A stretch of 32,000 bases of DNA from Nostoc punctiforme PCC 73102 (GCF_000020025.1 NC_010631.1:120001-152000); one strand, 5' to 3'; counted from the first letter of the stretch, positions 1 through 9,883 are shown. A program made the numbers and translations. The notes: generated from the sequence alone by a model not told the origin.

Positions 1-1707
1 GCATTGAAGTTTTATCAAGAATCTTTAACTATTCTCCAACAGATTGGTGACAAAGCAGGCGAAGGCAAAACTTTTCATAATATTGGAGAAGTTTATCAAA
101 GGCAAAGACAATATATAAAAGCCTTTAAAATTTATCAGGAATCTTTAAGTATTTTTAAACAAATCGGCGATAAAGCAGGTGAAGGCATAACTCTTAATAA
201 TATTGGTGGGGTTTATTATAACCAGGGAGAGTATGCCAAAGCTTTGGAATTCCATCAGGAAGCTTTAGCAATTGTCAAACAAGTTGGTGATAAAGCGGCA
301 GAAGGAACATATCTTAATAATATTGGTTCAGCTTACGAGAAATTAGGACAATATGATAATGCTGAAAAAACGCTATTTACCGCAATTGAGATTTGGGAAG
401 ATTTGCGAAAGAATGGATTAACTGATGCTCATAAAATTTCCATCTTTGAAAAACAAGCCGAAACCTACCGCTTTCTGCAAAAAGCATTAATTGCCCAGAA
501 TAAAATTAATTCTGCACTAGAAGTAAGCGATCGCGCCAAATCTAGAGCCTTTATTGAGTTACTAGCCTCAAAGCAATTAGAAAAACCAAACCCACTATTA
601 AATATCAAACCCCTCGCACTCCAGCAAATTAAAAACGTCGCCAAGGTTGAGAATGCAACCCTTGTGCAGTATTCAATTATTGGCAATGAAGCACTCTACA
701 TTTGGGTAATTAAACCTACAGGTGAAATAGCTTTTGAGCAAGTTGACTTGAAAAAAAGTCTAAATACTTCTCTAGAAAACCTTGTTATTAACAACCGTAA
801 AACTCTGGGTGTGAGAAGTCGGGGTATTAAAGTGGAACCTAAAAGTGGCGGTAATCAAAAACAGCAGTTACAAAAACTCTATGAAATACTAATCAAACCC
901 ATCGCCCAATATTTACCAAAAGATTCTAATGCTCGTGTTATCTTCGTTTCTCAAGAATCGTTGTTTCTTGTACCTTTTCCAGCATTGCAAGATGAGCAAG
1001 GCGAGTACTTAATCGATAAACATACTATCCTGACTGTACCTGCCATTCAAGTGTTAGATTTAACCACCAAGCAGAAGCATAACCTTAACAAGTCTGCAAA
1101 AGATGTGCTGGTTATTGGCAATCCTATCATGCCTAAAATTCCCATTACAAATGAACAGTTGTCATCCCTTCCTGGTGCAGAAACAGAAGCAATACAGATT
1201 GCAGATTTATTTAAAACCAAAGCAATTATAGGTAGCAAAGCTACCGAGACAGCCATTGTCCCGAAGATGAGCAAAGCTAGGATAATTCATTTTGCTACCC
1301 ACGGCTTACTTGATGATTTTAAAGGATTCGGTGTGCCTGGTGCGATCGCCTTTGCTCCTAGTAATCAAGACGACGGCTTCCTAACATCAGGCGAAATTCT
1401 CGACATGAAACTCAACGCCGAACTCATTGTCCTTAGTGCTTGCAACACTGGAGGCGGAAATATTACAGGCGATGGTGTTATTGGTTTATCGCGTTCTTTG
1501 ATCACTGCTGGAGTACCCAGCGTCATCGTATCCCTGTGGGATGTGAATGATAATTCCACCGCCTTTTTAATGAGCGAATTTTATGATCATTTCCAGCAAA
1601 ATCCCGATAAAGCTGTAGCGTTACGCAAAGCAATGCTCACTACCAAAAAGCGATATACAAATCCTCTTTACTGGGCTGCCTTTACCCTCATTGGTGAAGC
1701 AGATTAA
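1..1707 (+). CDS. TPR-repeat + CHAT-domain (caspase-fold) protease; 5' end cut by the window edge
   Basis: Frame 1 is open from base 1 (track ORF 4..1707). The N-terminal part has 40-aa TPR-like units (GDKAGEG.TLNNIG.VY.NQG.YAKAL.F.QEAL). The C-terminal CHAT hallmarks are IIHFATHG (His) and LSACNTG (Cys). It ends WAAFTLIGEAD like the other paralogues here. Confidence 0.9.
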   Translation, partial: ALKFYQESLTILQQIGDKAGEGKTFHNIGEVYQRQRQYIKAFKIYQESLSIFKQIGDKAGEGITLNNIGGVYYNQGEYAKALEFHQEALAIVKQVGDKAAEGTYLNNIGSAYEKLGQYDNAEKTLFTAIEIWEDLRKNGLTDAHKISIFEKQAETYRFLQKALIAQNKINSALEVSDRAKSRAFIELLASKQLEKPNPLLNIKPLALQQIKNVAKVENATLVQYSIIGNEALYIWVIKPTGEIAFEQVDLKKSLNTSLENLVINNRKTLGVRSRGIKVEPKSGGNQKQQLQKLYEILIKPIAQYLPKDSNARVIFVSQESLFLVPFPALQDEQGEYLIDKHTILTVPAIQVLDLTTKQKHNLNKSAKDVLVIGNPIMPKIPITNEQLSSLPGAETEAIQIADLFKTKAIIGSKATETAIVPKMSKARIIHFATHGLLDDFKGFGVPGAIAFAPSNQDDGFLTSGEILDMKLNAELIVLSACNTGGGNITGDGVIGLSRSLITAGVPSVIVSLWDVNDNSTAFLMSEFYDHFQQNPDKAVALRKAMLTTKKRYTNPLYWAAFTLIGEAD

Positions 1708-1755
1708 AGCACATAAATTATTAAGTATCAGCATACATAATAAGATAATGTCAAT

Positions 1756-3201
1756 TTGAAAAAAATTCAGACTTACTTTGTACAATCAATTTGTCTATGT
1801 ATTCTCGCCATTACCTACTTGCCTAATATCAATATTTTGGCAAATAACAAGGTTTTAGCGCAAACCACAAATGCCGATGAACCATCAATTCTAGAAACCC
1901 AAACTTCCACCTCTAACCGATTACAAAAATTACTCATTGAACAGAATAAACCTGAAGCAGCGTTAGAAATTTCCGAACGCAGCCGTAACCGTGCATTAGT
2001 AGATATATTGAGTGATCGCTCGTCTTCATCAGTTGTTAAACCTTTAAGTACTGAACAAATTAAACAAGTTGCTAAACAACAAAATGCTACACTTGTTCAA
2101 TATTCAATCATTAATGATGAATTCAACATTGAAGGCAAAAAGCAAACTAGAGAATCAGAATTGTATATTTGGGTGATTAAACCTACAGGCGAAATAGCAT
2201 TTCGTAGCGTTGACTTAAAACCACTATGGCAGAAAGAAAATACATCTTTAGCTGATTTAATTACTCACAGTCGTCGGACTCTTGGTGTCAGCAGTAATTA
2301 TCTAAAAGGCATTGTTATTCTTAAGCATCCTGAACAGAAAAATAACCCTAGTCAACAATTACAAAAACTACATCAACTATTAATTGCACCCATCGCCAAC
2401 ATATTACCAAATCAAGCAGATGCACACATTATCTTCATTCCCCAAGGTGAATTATTTCTTGTACCTTTCACAGCATTAAAAGATACTAAAGGCAAATACT
2501 TGATTGAGCAACATACCATTTCCACTGCACCCTCTATTCAAGCATTAAATTTACTTTATCAGCGACAACAGAAAATTCAAGGAGTAGCTAAAGATGTACT
2601 AATTGTGGGTAATCCTACTATGCCTAGCATTTCCCTAAAGCCTGGAGAGTCTCCACAAAAACTATCGCAACTACCAGGTGCAGAACAAGAAGCAAAAGAC
2701 ATTGCAAGTATATTTAACACCCAAGCACTCACAGGTGATGCAGCCACAGAAACCACAGTTGTTCAAAAAATGCCCCAAGCCAAAATTATTCACTTAGCAA
2801 CCCAAGGCGGATGTAATGATTCATTAGAAATAACTTGCGGACTTGCACTTGCACCTTCACAACAAGACGATGGCTGGCTAACATCTGAAGAAATTCTAAA
2901 GTTGAACCTCAAAGCTGATTTAGTTGTGTTGAGTTCAAATGATACAGCACTAGGAAAAATCACTGCCGATGGTGTGATTGGCCTATCTCGTTCTTTCTTC
3001 GCAGCCGCAGTTCCCAGCGTGATTGGTTCTTTATGGAGTGTACCTGATAAAGAGACTGCCTTTTTAATGATAGAGTTTTATCAAAAACTCAGTGAAAACC
3101 CAGATAAAGCTGCTGCCTTGCGTCATGCGATGCTAGCAACTATGAAAAAATACCCAAATCCCAGAGATTGGGCGGCTTTTACCCTGATTGGTGTGTTGTA
3201 G
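1756..3201 (+). CDS. CHAT-domain paralogue without TPR array; predicted catalytically inactive (pseudoprotease), with N-terminal leader
   Basis: 481-aa ORF with a TTG start that is needed to encode the hydrophobic leader MKKIQTYFVQSICLCILAITYL...KVLAQT. It aligns along its length with the CHAT halves of its neighbours. The His motif reads HLATQG (CAA at 2803..2805) and the Cys motif reads LSSNDT (AAT at 2938..2940). Confidence 0.85.
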   Translation: MKKIQTYFVQSICLCILAITYLPNINILANNKVLAQTTNADEPSILETQTSTSNRLQKLLIEQNKPEAALEISERSRNRALVDILSDRSSSSVVKPLSTEQIKQVAKQQNATLVQYSIINDEFNIEGKKQTRESELYIWVIKPTGEIAFRSVDLKPLWQKENTSLADLITHSRRTLGVSSNYLKGIVILKHPEQKNNPSQQLQKLHQLLIAPIANILPNQADAHIIFIPQGELFLVPFTALKDTKGKYLIEQHTISTAPSIQALNLLYQRQQKIQGVAKDVLIVGNPTMPSISLKPGESPQKLSQLPGAEQEAKDIASIFNTQALTGDAATETTVVQKMPQAKIIHLATQGGCNDSLEITCGLALAPSQQDDGWLTSEEILKLNLKADLVVLSSNDTALGKITADGVIGLSRSFFAAAVPSVIGSLWSVPDKETAFLMIEFYQKLSENPDKAAALRHAMLATMKKYPNPRDWAAFTLIGVL

Positions 3202-3223
3202 TTCCAGATTAGGTTGATAAATT

Positions 3224-6200
3224 ATGCGCGATCGCCGCAGGTGGGGCATAGCCCATCGCACAAGCAGAATCATTTTAATCGCTTTGAGTGCTTTTCTTGT
3301 AACAATTGCACCTACATTCCCGCAGAATTTTTCCGGGGTTTTCTTTGCGCCACAGGTGTTAGCGCAAACATCAAATCAGCAGCAAACTGAGGCTGTCACT
3401 GGAAGTTTTATTGATTACTTTGCAGAAGAGAGACAATTTAAAGGGCATGAGGGTAGCGTTAACAGTGCGAGTTTTAGTCCTGACGGTAAGTTAATTGTGA
3501 CTGCTGGTGCTGATAATACTGCTCGTGTTTGGGATTTTGCGGGAAAGCAGGTAGCAGAATTAATTGGGCATCAAGGCAATGTTAAAAGTGCGAATTTTAG
3601 CCCGGATGGTAAGCTGATTGTCACTGCATCTTTTGATGACACTGCCCGTATTTGGGATATTTCAGGCAAACAGCTAGTTGAGCTAAAAGGACACCAAGGT
3701 AATGTTTACAGTGCGAATTTTAGCCCGGATGGAAAGGCGATCACTACAGCAGGTGCAGATAAAACCGTGCGGTTGTGGGATTTATCGGGCAAACAGCTAA
3801 GAGAATTTAAAGCCCATAATGCTAGTGTGTACAGTGCGAAGTTTAGTCCCGATGGCAAGCACATAGTGACAGCATCGGCGGATAAAACAGCGCGTGTATG
3901 GGATACGTCTGGTAAGTTGCTAGCAGAATTAAAGGGACACACGAACACAGTTTGGAGTGCAAATTTTAGTTGTGATGACAAGCGGATAGTTACAGCATCA
4001 GATGATAAAACTGCCCGCATCTGGGATTTATCTGGTAAGCAGTTAGCGGTTTTGCAAGGGCATCAAGATAGTGTTTATAGTGCGAATTTTAGTCCTGATA
4101 GTAAGCAGATTGTGACAGCATCGATTGATTTTGCTACTTTGCTGTGGGAGTCATCAGGGACGTTATTAGGGAAGTTACAACAGCATACTGGTGGGGTTAA
4201 TAGTGCGAACTTTAGCCCAGATGGAAAGTGGATTGTAACTGCCTCATCTGACAGTACCGCTCGTGTTTGGGATTTGTCTGGTAAGATGCTAACTGAACTG
4301 ACTAGCTTTCAACGTGAGGTTGGCAGTGCAAGGTTTAGTTCTGATGGACAACATATCGTTACAAAAAGTGGCAACATCGCCCAAGTGTGGGATTTGTCAA
4401 ACCGACAATTAGTTGAATTCAAAGGCCATCAAGCTGACATTAGAAGTGTTAGATTTAGCCAGAATGGAGAGCTTCTCGTCACTGCATCTGATGACAAAAC
4501 AGCTCGGATATGGGATTTGTCTGGTAAGCAACTAGCTGAACTAAAAGGACATGAGGATTTTATCTATGATGCTAGATTCAGCCCTAATGGAAAAAGTATT
4601 ATTACTGCATCTAATGACAAAACATCTCGGATATGGGATTTGTCTGGTAAGCAACTAGCTGAACTTAAGCATCAGGACTATGTTAGTAGTGCAACTTTTA
4701 GTCCTGATGGACAGAAAATTCTCATTGAATCTGGCAGTTTTACATTAAGTATTTGGGATATTTATGGTAAATTCCTAGCCACAATCAAAGGAGATAAATT
4801 TGATATCAACAGTGGTACTTTTAGTCCTGATGGACAGCGGATTCTGACCACTTCACTTGATGATACTGCCCGCGTTTTTGACATTTACGGAAAGTTATTA
4901 ACCGAATTCAGAGGGCATCAAGAGCAAGTAATAAATGCTAATTATAGCCCTAATGGACAACGAATTGTGACTGCATCTCTAGATGGTACTATTCGTGTAT
5001 GGGACACTTCTGGCAAGCAGCTAACTCTACTCAAAGGGCATAAAGGTAGCGTCAATAGTGCCAGTTTTAGTCCTGATGGAAAAGTTATTGTCAGTGCATA
5101 TGACGACAAAACTATCCTTGTTTGGGATACATCTGGCAAAATACTAGCTCAAATAGGAACACCCAAAAATGAATCTGAAGCTGGGTTTCAAGGAAAGAAA
5201 TTTAGTCCTAATGATTCCGAAATTATCAAGCTCGATAGTTTTAGTCCAGATGGCAAGCGTATAGTCATTGATAACCGCGTGTGGTCATTATCCAATAAGC
5301 TACTTGTTCAAATACCCAAACTAAAGTTTCCTGAAATACCTACAGATGAAAGTAGTCTCAGATTAATCTTTAGTGTGACTAAGGTCAACAGTACCAATTT
5401 TAGTCATGATGGACAGATGATTATCACTTCTAGTAAAGGTATTGTTTATTTATGGAATAGTTCTGGTAAGTTGTTAGCAGAACTCAAAAAACATTGGGGA
5501 CCAATTAGAAGTGCAAGTTTTAGCTCTAATGGACAGCAGATCGTCACTGCATCCTATGACGGTACTGCCCGTATATGGGATACTTCAGGCAAGGAGTTAG
5601 CACTGCTTAATCATAATTCTTTTGTTAACAGTGCTAGCTTTAGTCCTAATGGAAAGCAAATTGTTACTGCATCTGATGACAATACTGCTCGTGTTTGGAA
5701 TAGTTCGGGTAAGTTATTAACGGAACTTAAAGGTCATACACAACCAGTCTTAAGTACAAGTTTTAGCTTAGATGCCAAGCACATTGTTACTGCATCTGCT
5801 GACAAAACTGCCCGTGTTTGGGATTTATCTGGCAAACAGCTAGCAGAACTTCAACATTCTGCGATCGTCAGCAGTGCTAATTTTAGCTCAGATGGAAAAC
5901 AGATTATTACTACATCTCATGACGGTAGTGCTGGTGTATGGGATTTGAATAACAAAACAGCAGTACGTCTGAGTCATCAGCATATTGTCAATGAAGCTAG
6001 ATTTAGCCCGGATGAAAAGCTAGTTATAACGGCATCCAGAGACGGAACTGCTCGTGTATGGGATTTGTCTGGCAAACAAATAGTGTTGTTCAAACATCAA
6101 AGCAGTGTCAATAGTGCTAATTTTAGTCCTGATGGAAAGCAAATTATTACCGCATCTGATGATAAGACTGCTCGTGTTTGGAACTTATCTGGAAAACTGT

Positions 6201-9200
6201 TACTTGAATTAAAAAAAAGCGAGACTACTCTTAACAGTGCTAGTTTTAGCCCGGATGGCAAGCGGATTGTTACCACATCTGATGACGGTACTGCTCGCTT
6301 ATGGAACACTTCCGGCAAGTTGTTAATGGTTCTCAAAGGTCGTCCAGATTGGTTACTAGATGCCAGTTTTAGCCCGGACGGCAAGCAGATTGTTACCGCA
6401 TCTGATGATGGTACTGCTCGTTTATGGAATACTTCTGGTAAGATACTAGCCGAACTCAAAGGGCAAGAGAAGACTGTTAAAAGTGCTAGTTTTAGCCCAG
6501 ATGGGCAAAAAATAGTGACCGTATCCTTTGATGCTGCATCCTCTAGTGGTGCTGTACGTCTATGGGATTTATCTGGTAAACTGCTAGTTGAACTTCAAGG
6601 GCATCAAGGACAAGTCTTGTGTGCTAATTTTAGCGCCAATGGACAAAGAATAGTGACTGCCTCCGATGACAAGACTGCCCGTGTATGGGATTTATCCGGT
6701 AAGCAGATAGCAATCCTTAGTCATCAAGGTGGAGTCAACAGAGCAATTTTTAGTCCAGATGGACAAAGAATAGTGACTGCCTCCGATGACGGCACTGCTC
6801 ATTTATGGGATTTATCGGGCAAGTTACTTACCCAATTCAAAGAACATCAAGATGCTATCCAGAGTGTCAGTTTTAGCCCTAATGGACAACTGGTAGTAAC
6901 TGCATCTTGGGATGGCACTGCCCGTGTATGGAATTTGTCCGGCAAGCAGATAGTGCTTTTCAATCATCAGCGTGAAGTTATTGATACGAGTTTTAGTCCA
7001 AATGGACAATACATTGTTACTGCATCCATTGACAACACAGCTCGTTTATGGGATTTATCAGGTACGTTGCTTGTTGAATTTGTAGGATACCAAGGTGGTA
7101 TAGGCAGTGCTAATTTTAGTCCTGATGGACAATGGATTATTAACCTAGAATATGACAAACCTTCTCTTTGGAATTTGTCCTTGAGATTTCCATTAAGATT
7201 TCCTAAAGCCAGCATTTATGCATATGAAGATACTTTTCCAAACACATCTGTCGAAAAGTCTACAGCACTTCTTAAAGAATATTGGGTAAATATTGGCAGT
7301 GCAAAATTTAGCCCTGATGGACAACGCATTATCTCTGTTTTTAGTGACGGTAGCACTCGTGTATGGGATTTATCTGGAAGACTGCTAGCTTTTATTAAGG
7401 GGCATCAAGGTAGGGTTACAAGTTCTAATTTTAGCCCTGATGGACAAAGAATTCTCACCACATCTAATGATGGTACTGCCCGTATATGGGATTTGTCTGG
7501 TAAGCAACTTGCGAGTTTGGAGTTGCCAGCACTTCCTTCTTCACCAAAAGTGGAAGCAGACAGACTCCAAAATTTAGAATTTTATGCCCCTAATTGTGCC
7601 GCAGCATTTGAGCCTTGGCAAAAAGCCCTCAAAATCTACAGCGAAATTGCAGACCATGAAAATCAAGCTTATATGCTACGAGAACTAGGAAATGCTTACT
7701 ATTGCCTGGGCAACTTTACAAAAGCAATTGCCTCTTATTCCCAGTCATTAGAAAATGCTAGCAAATATAATTATCTGCAAATTGAGTTGAATAGTTTATC
7801 CAATTTAGGACGTGTTTACAATTCTTTAGGAGATTATGATATAGCGATTAAATATTATAATGAAGCATTAAAAATTTTAGATATGCATGACGCTCCTCAA
7901 AATAAAACAGATGTTTTACGTGGTAGAGGATATGCTTACTATCAAAATAATAAACTTGAGGAAGCAAGTAAGGATTATCTACAAGCGTTAGACATTGACG
8001 AAAAAAATAAAAATGTTGCTGGGATCGCTATAAATAAAGTAAATTTGGCTAATATTTATTTTTATTTAGGTGACTTTTTCCAAGCAATTCAATATTACAG
8101 AGAGGCATTAGAGTTCAGCCCTAGTGAGGCACTAGCAGGTTTGGGAAATATTTACTTAGCCTTTGGTGATACTGCAAAGGCGGTTGATTTACATCAGCAG
8201 AGTTTAGCAAAAGCACAACAAGACGAAAACTATGAAATTCAGGGTAATGCACTGAACAATTTAGCTTATACCTTTCAACTATCAGGAAACTTGCCCGCAG
8301 CAGAAAAAACTTTATTTAATGCCATTAGAGTTTGGGAATCGCTTCGCTCTCGATTAGACGATGCCAACAAAATATCTATCTTTGAAAAGCAAACTCGCAC
8401 CTACCGCCTGCTACAAGAAGTGTTGATTGCTCAAAATAAACTCACTGAAGCACTAGAAATATCTGAACGCGGTCGCGCGAGAGCTTTTATTGATTTACTC
8501 AATAAACGATTATCCCCTAATCAAACAGAGCAATCAAAACTTCCAACAGTGAATATTGAACAGATTAAACAAATTGCTAAAAACGAAAATGCAACCCTGG
8601 TTCAATATTCAATTATTACTGATGAATTCAAAGTTGATGGTAAACTGCAAACTCAAGATTCAGAACTTTATATTTGGGTCATCAAACCCACGGGAGAAGT
8701 ATCATTTAATCGCAGCGATCTGAAAAATTTGTGGCAAAAAGAAAAGACAACTCTGAAGCAATTAGTTGACAAAACACGTTTCTCTATGGGTGTAAAAGAC
8801 ATCAAGAGTCGCAGTCCTGGTGGTATCAAAGTTTCAGCAGCCGAAGGGGCAAAGCAGGGCGATCGCTTACAACGACTCCATGACTTTTTAATCAAACCCA
8901 TTGCAGATATCCTACCCAGTAACCCCAATGACCGAGTTATCTTTATCCCTCAAGGTGAGTTGTTTCTTGTTCCTTTCCCCGCGCTGCAATATGACCAAAA
9001 TAAATACCTAATTGAAAAACACACCATCCTCACTGCACCATCAATTCAAGTATTGGATTTCACATCAAAGCAACAACGACGTGTAGAGAAGTTAAATGCC
9101 AAGTCTTTGATTGTCGGTAATCCGACAATGCCGAAAGTGGAGTTGGAACCAGGAAAACCCCCTGAACAATTAAAAGATTTACCTTGGGCAGAAAAAGAGG

Positions 9201-9742
9201 CCAAAGATATTGCTGAAATTCTCAAAACTCAAGCACTGACAGGTAATCAAGCCACCAAAACCGCAATTTTACAGAAAATGCCCGAAGCCGGAATTATTCA
9301 CTTTGCTACCCACGGTTTAATTGATGATAACCGGGGATTGGGAAGTGCGATCGCTCTTGCTCCTGACCCCCCTTCGTCCCCCCTTACTAAGGGGGGAAAA
9401 GAGGGGGGTAACGGTTTACTCACCGCCGAAGAAATCTTGAATCTGAAGTTAAATGCAGATTTAGTCGTTCTCAGTGCTTGCGACACCGGACGCGGACGCA
9501 TTACTGGTGATGGTGTGATTGGTTTATCTCGTTCTTTAATTAGCGCAGGTGTCCCTAGTGTCATTGTCTCCTTGTGGGCTGTTGATGATAATTCCACATC
9601 ATTTTTAATGACCGAATTCTATAACAATCTGCAACAAAAGCTTGACAAAGCCACAGCACTTAGAAAAGCTATGCTGACAACGATGCAGAAATATCCTCAA
9701 CCAAAAAATTGGGCTGCGTTTACCTTAATTGGCGAATCGTGA
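3224..9742 (+). CDS. Giant WD40-repeat + TPR + CHAT protease (2172 aa) with N-terminal leader
   Basis: Single uninterrupted ORF starting ATGCGCGATCGC. It has about 32 WD40 units (GH.G.V.SA.FSPDGK.IVTAS.D.TARVWD.SGK), then TPR units, then CHAT. The CHAT motifs are HFATHG (His codon 9311..9313) and LSACDTG (Cys codon 9479..9481). It starts only 22 bp after the preceding gene. Confidence 0.93.
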   Translation: MRDRRRWGIAHRTSRIILIALSAFLVTIAPTFPQNFSGVFFAPQVLAQTSNQQQTEAVTGSFIDYFAEERQFKGHEGSVNSASFSPDGKLIVTAGADNTARVWDFAGKQVAELIGHQGNVKSANFSPDGKLIVTASFDDTARIWDISGKQLVELKGHQGNVYSANFSPDGKAITTAGADKTVRLWDLSGKQLREFKAHNASVYSAKFSPDGKHIVTASADKTARVWDTSGKLLAELKGHTNTVWSANFSCDDKRIVTASDDKTARIWDLSGKQLAVLQGHQDSVYSANFSPDSKQIVTASIDFATLLWESSGTLLGKLQQHTGGVNSANFSPDGKWIVTASSDSTARVWDLSGKMLTELTSFQREVGSARFSSDGQHIVTKSGNIAQVWDLSNRQLVEFKGHQADIRSVRFSQNGELLVTASDDKTARIWDLSGKQLAELKGHEDFIYDARFSPNGKSIITASNDKTSRIWDLSGKQLAELKHQDYVSSATFSPDGQKILIESGSFTLSIWDIYGKFLATIKGDKFDINSGTFSPDGQRILTTSLDDTARVFDIYGKLLTEFRGHQEQVINANYSPNGQRIVTASLDGTIRVWDTSGKQLTLLKGHKGSVNSASFSPDGKVIVSAYDDKTILVWDTSGKILAQIGTPKNESEAGFQGKKFSPNDSEIIKLDSFSPDGKRIVIDNRVWSLSNKLLVQIPKLKFPEIPTDESSLRLIFSVTKVNSTNFSHDGQMIITSSKGIVYLWNSSGKLLAELKKHWGPIRSASFSSNGQQIVTASYDGTARIWDTSGKELALLNHNSFVNSASFSPNGKQIVTASDDNTARVWNSSGKLLTELKGHTQPVLSTSFSLDAKHIVTASADKTARVWDLSGKQLAELQHSAIVSSANFSSDGKQIITTSHDGSAGVWDLNNKTAVRLSHQHIVNEARFSPDEKLVITASRDGTARVWDLSGKQIVLFKHQSSVNSANFSPDGKQIITASDDKTARVWNLSGKLLLELKKSETTLNSASFSPDGKRIVTTSDDGTARLWNTSGKLLMVLKGRPDWLLDASFSPDGKQIVTASDDGTARLWNTSGKILAELKGQEKTVKSASFSPDGQKIVTVSFDAASSSGAVRLWDLSGKLLVELQGHQGQVLCANFSANGQRIVTASDDKTARVWDLSGKQIAILSHQGGVNRAIFSPDGQRIVTASDDGTAHLWDLSGKLLTQFKEHQDAIQSVSFSPNGQLVVTASWDGTARVWNLSGKQIVLFNHQREVIDTSFSPNGQYIVTASIDNTARLWDLSGTLLVEFVGYQGGIGSANFSPDGQWIINLEYDKPSLWNLSLRFPLRFPKASIYAYEDTFPNTSVEKSTALLKEYWVNIGSAKFSPDGQRIISVFSDGSTRVWDLSGRLLAFIKGHQGRVTSSNFSPDGQRILTTSNDGTARIWDLSGKQLASLELPALPSSPKVEADRLQNLEFYAPNCAAAFEPWQKALKIYSEIADHENQAYMLRELGNAYYCLGNFTKAIASYSQSLENASKYNYLQIELNSLSNLGRVYNSLGDYDIAIKYYNEALKILDMHDAPQNKTDVLRGRGYAYYQNNKLEEASKDYLQALDIDEKNKNVAGIAINKVNLANIYFYLGDFFQAIQYYREALEFSPSEALAGLGNIYLAFGDTAKAVDLHQQSLAKAQQDENYEIQGNALNNLAYTFQLSGNLPAAEKTLFNAIRVWESLRSRLDDANKISIFEKQTRTYRLLQEVLIAQNKLTEALEISERGRARAFIDLLNKRLSPNQTEQSKLPTVNIEQIKQIAKNENATLVQYSIITDEFKVDGKLQTQDSELYIWVIKPTGEVSFNRSDLKNLWQKEKTTLKQLVDKTRFSMGVKDIKSRSPGGIKVSAAEGAKQGDRLQRLHDFLIKPIADILPSNPNDRVIFIPQGELFLVPFPALQYDQNKYLIEKHTILTAPSIQVLDFTSKQQRRVEKLNAKSLIVGNPTMPKVELEPGKPPEQLKDLPWAEKEAKDIAEILKTQALTGNQATKTAILQKMPEAGIIHFATHGLIDDNRGLGSAIALAPDPPSSPLTKGGKEGGNGLLTAEEILNLKLNADLVVLSACDTGRGRITGDGVIGLSRSLISAGVPSVIVSLWAVDDNSTSFLMTEFYNNLQQKLDKATALRKAMLTTMQKYPQPKNWAAFTLIGES
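3443..7492 (+). repeat. In-frame array of about 32 WD40 units (about 123-126 bp each) with high unit-to-unit nucleotide similarity
   Basis: I counted the W-D / W-N dipeptide unit endings in the translation. Long near-identical nucleotide strings recur between units, for example ...tttagtcctgatgg.aagca.att.t.ac.gcatctgatga.a..actgc.cgtgt.tgg... Confidence 0.85.
9365..9408 (+). repeat. GC-run nested palindrome inserted in-frame inside the CHAT domain
   Basis: The layout is C6(9367-9372)-ttcgt-C6(9378-9383)-ttactaa-G6(9391-9396)-aaaaga-G6(9403-9408). It encodes DPPSSPLTKGGKEGG, a segment absent at the aligned position of all paralogues. Confidence 0.7.
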
Positions 9743-9768
9743 ACAATCTTGGCGATCGCTATCAGACA

Positions 9769-9793
9769 AGAGACGCGATAAATCGCCGTCTCT
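9769..9793 (+). terminator. Hairpin 27 bp after the WD40-TPR-CHAT stop; possible terminator or a small dispersed palindromic repeat
   Basis: AGAGACGCGAT-aa-ATCGC(c)GTCTCT forms a near-perfect stem with one bulged C. No U-tract follows, so terminator function is uncertain. Confidence 0.3.
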
Positions 9794-9828
9794 ATAAAGG
9801 GGGATTTATCACGTCTTTGCAATCTGGA

Positions 9829-9859
9829 TTTTGCATATCCTCCCACCGATAAGAGATAT
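9829..9859 (+). promoter_or_regulatory. Shared promoter-like motif, copy 1 (upstream of the S8 peptidase gene)
   Basis: ttttgcatatcct-cccaccgat-aagagatat. It ends 25 nt before the ATG at 9884. The architecture is the same as in five other copies. Confidence 0.55.
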
Positions 9860-9883
9860 ATGTTTGTAAATTTCTGAACATTT

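Noticed and set aside
3706-7215. Minus-strand ORFs inside the WD40 region (3706..4020, 4942..5139, 6097..6459, 6824..7009, 6967..7215)
   Set aside because: They are antisense shadows of a periodic coding repeat. Their low-complexity translations repeat with the same period, and they are fully nested in a 6.5-kb ORF with clear domain content.
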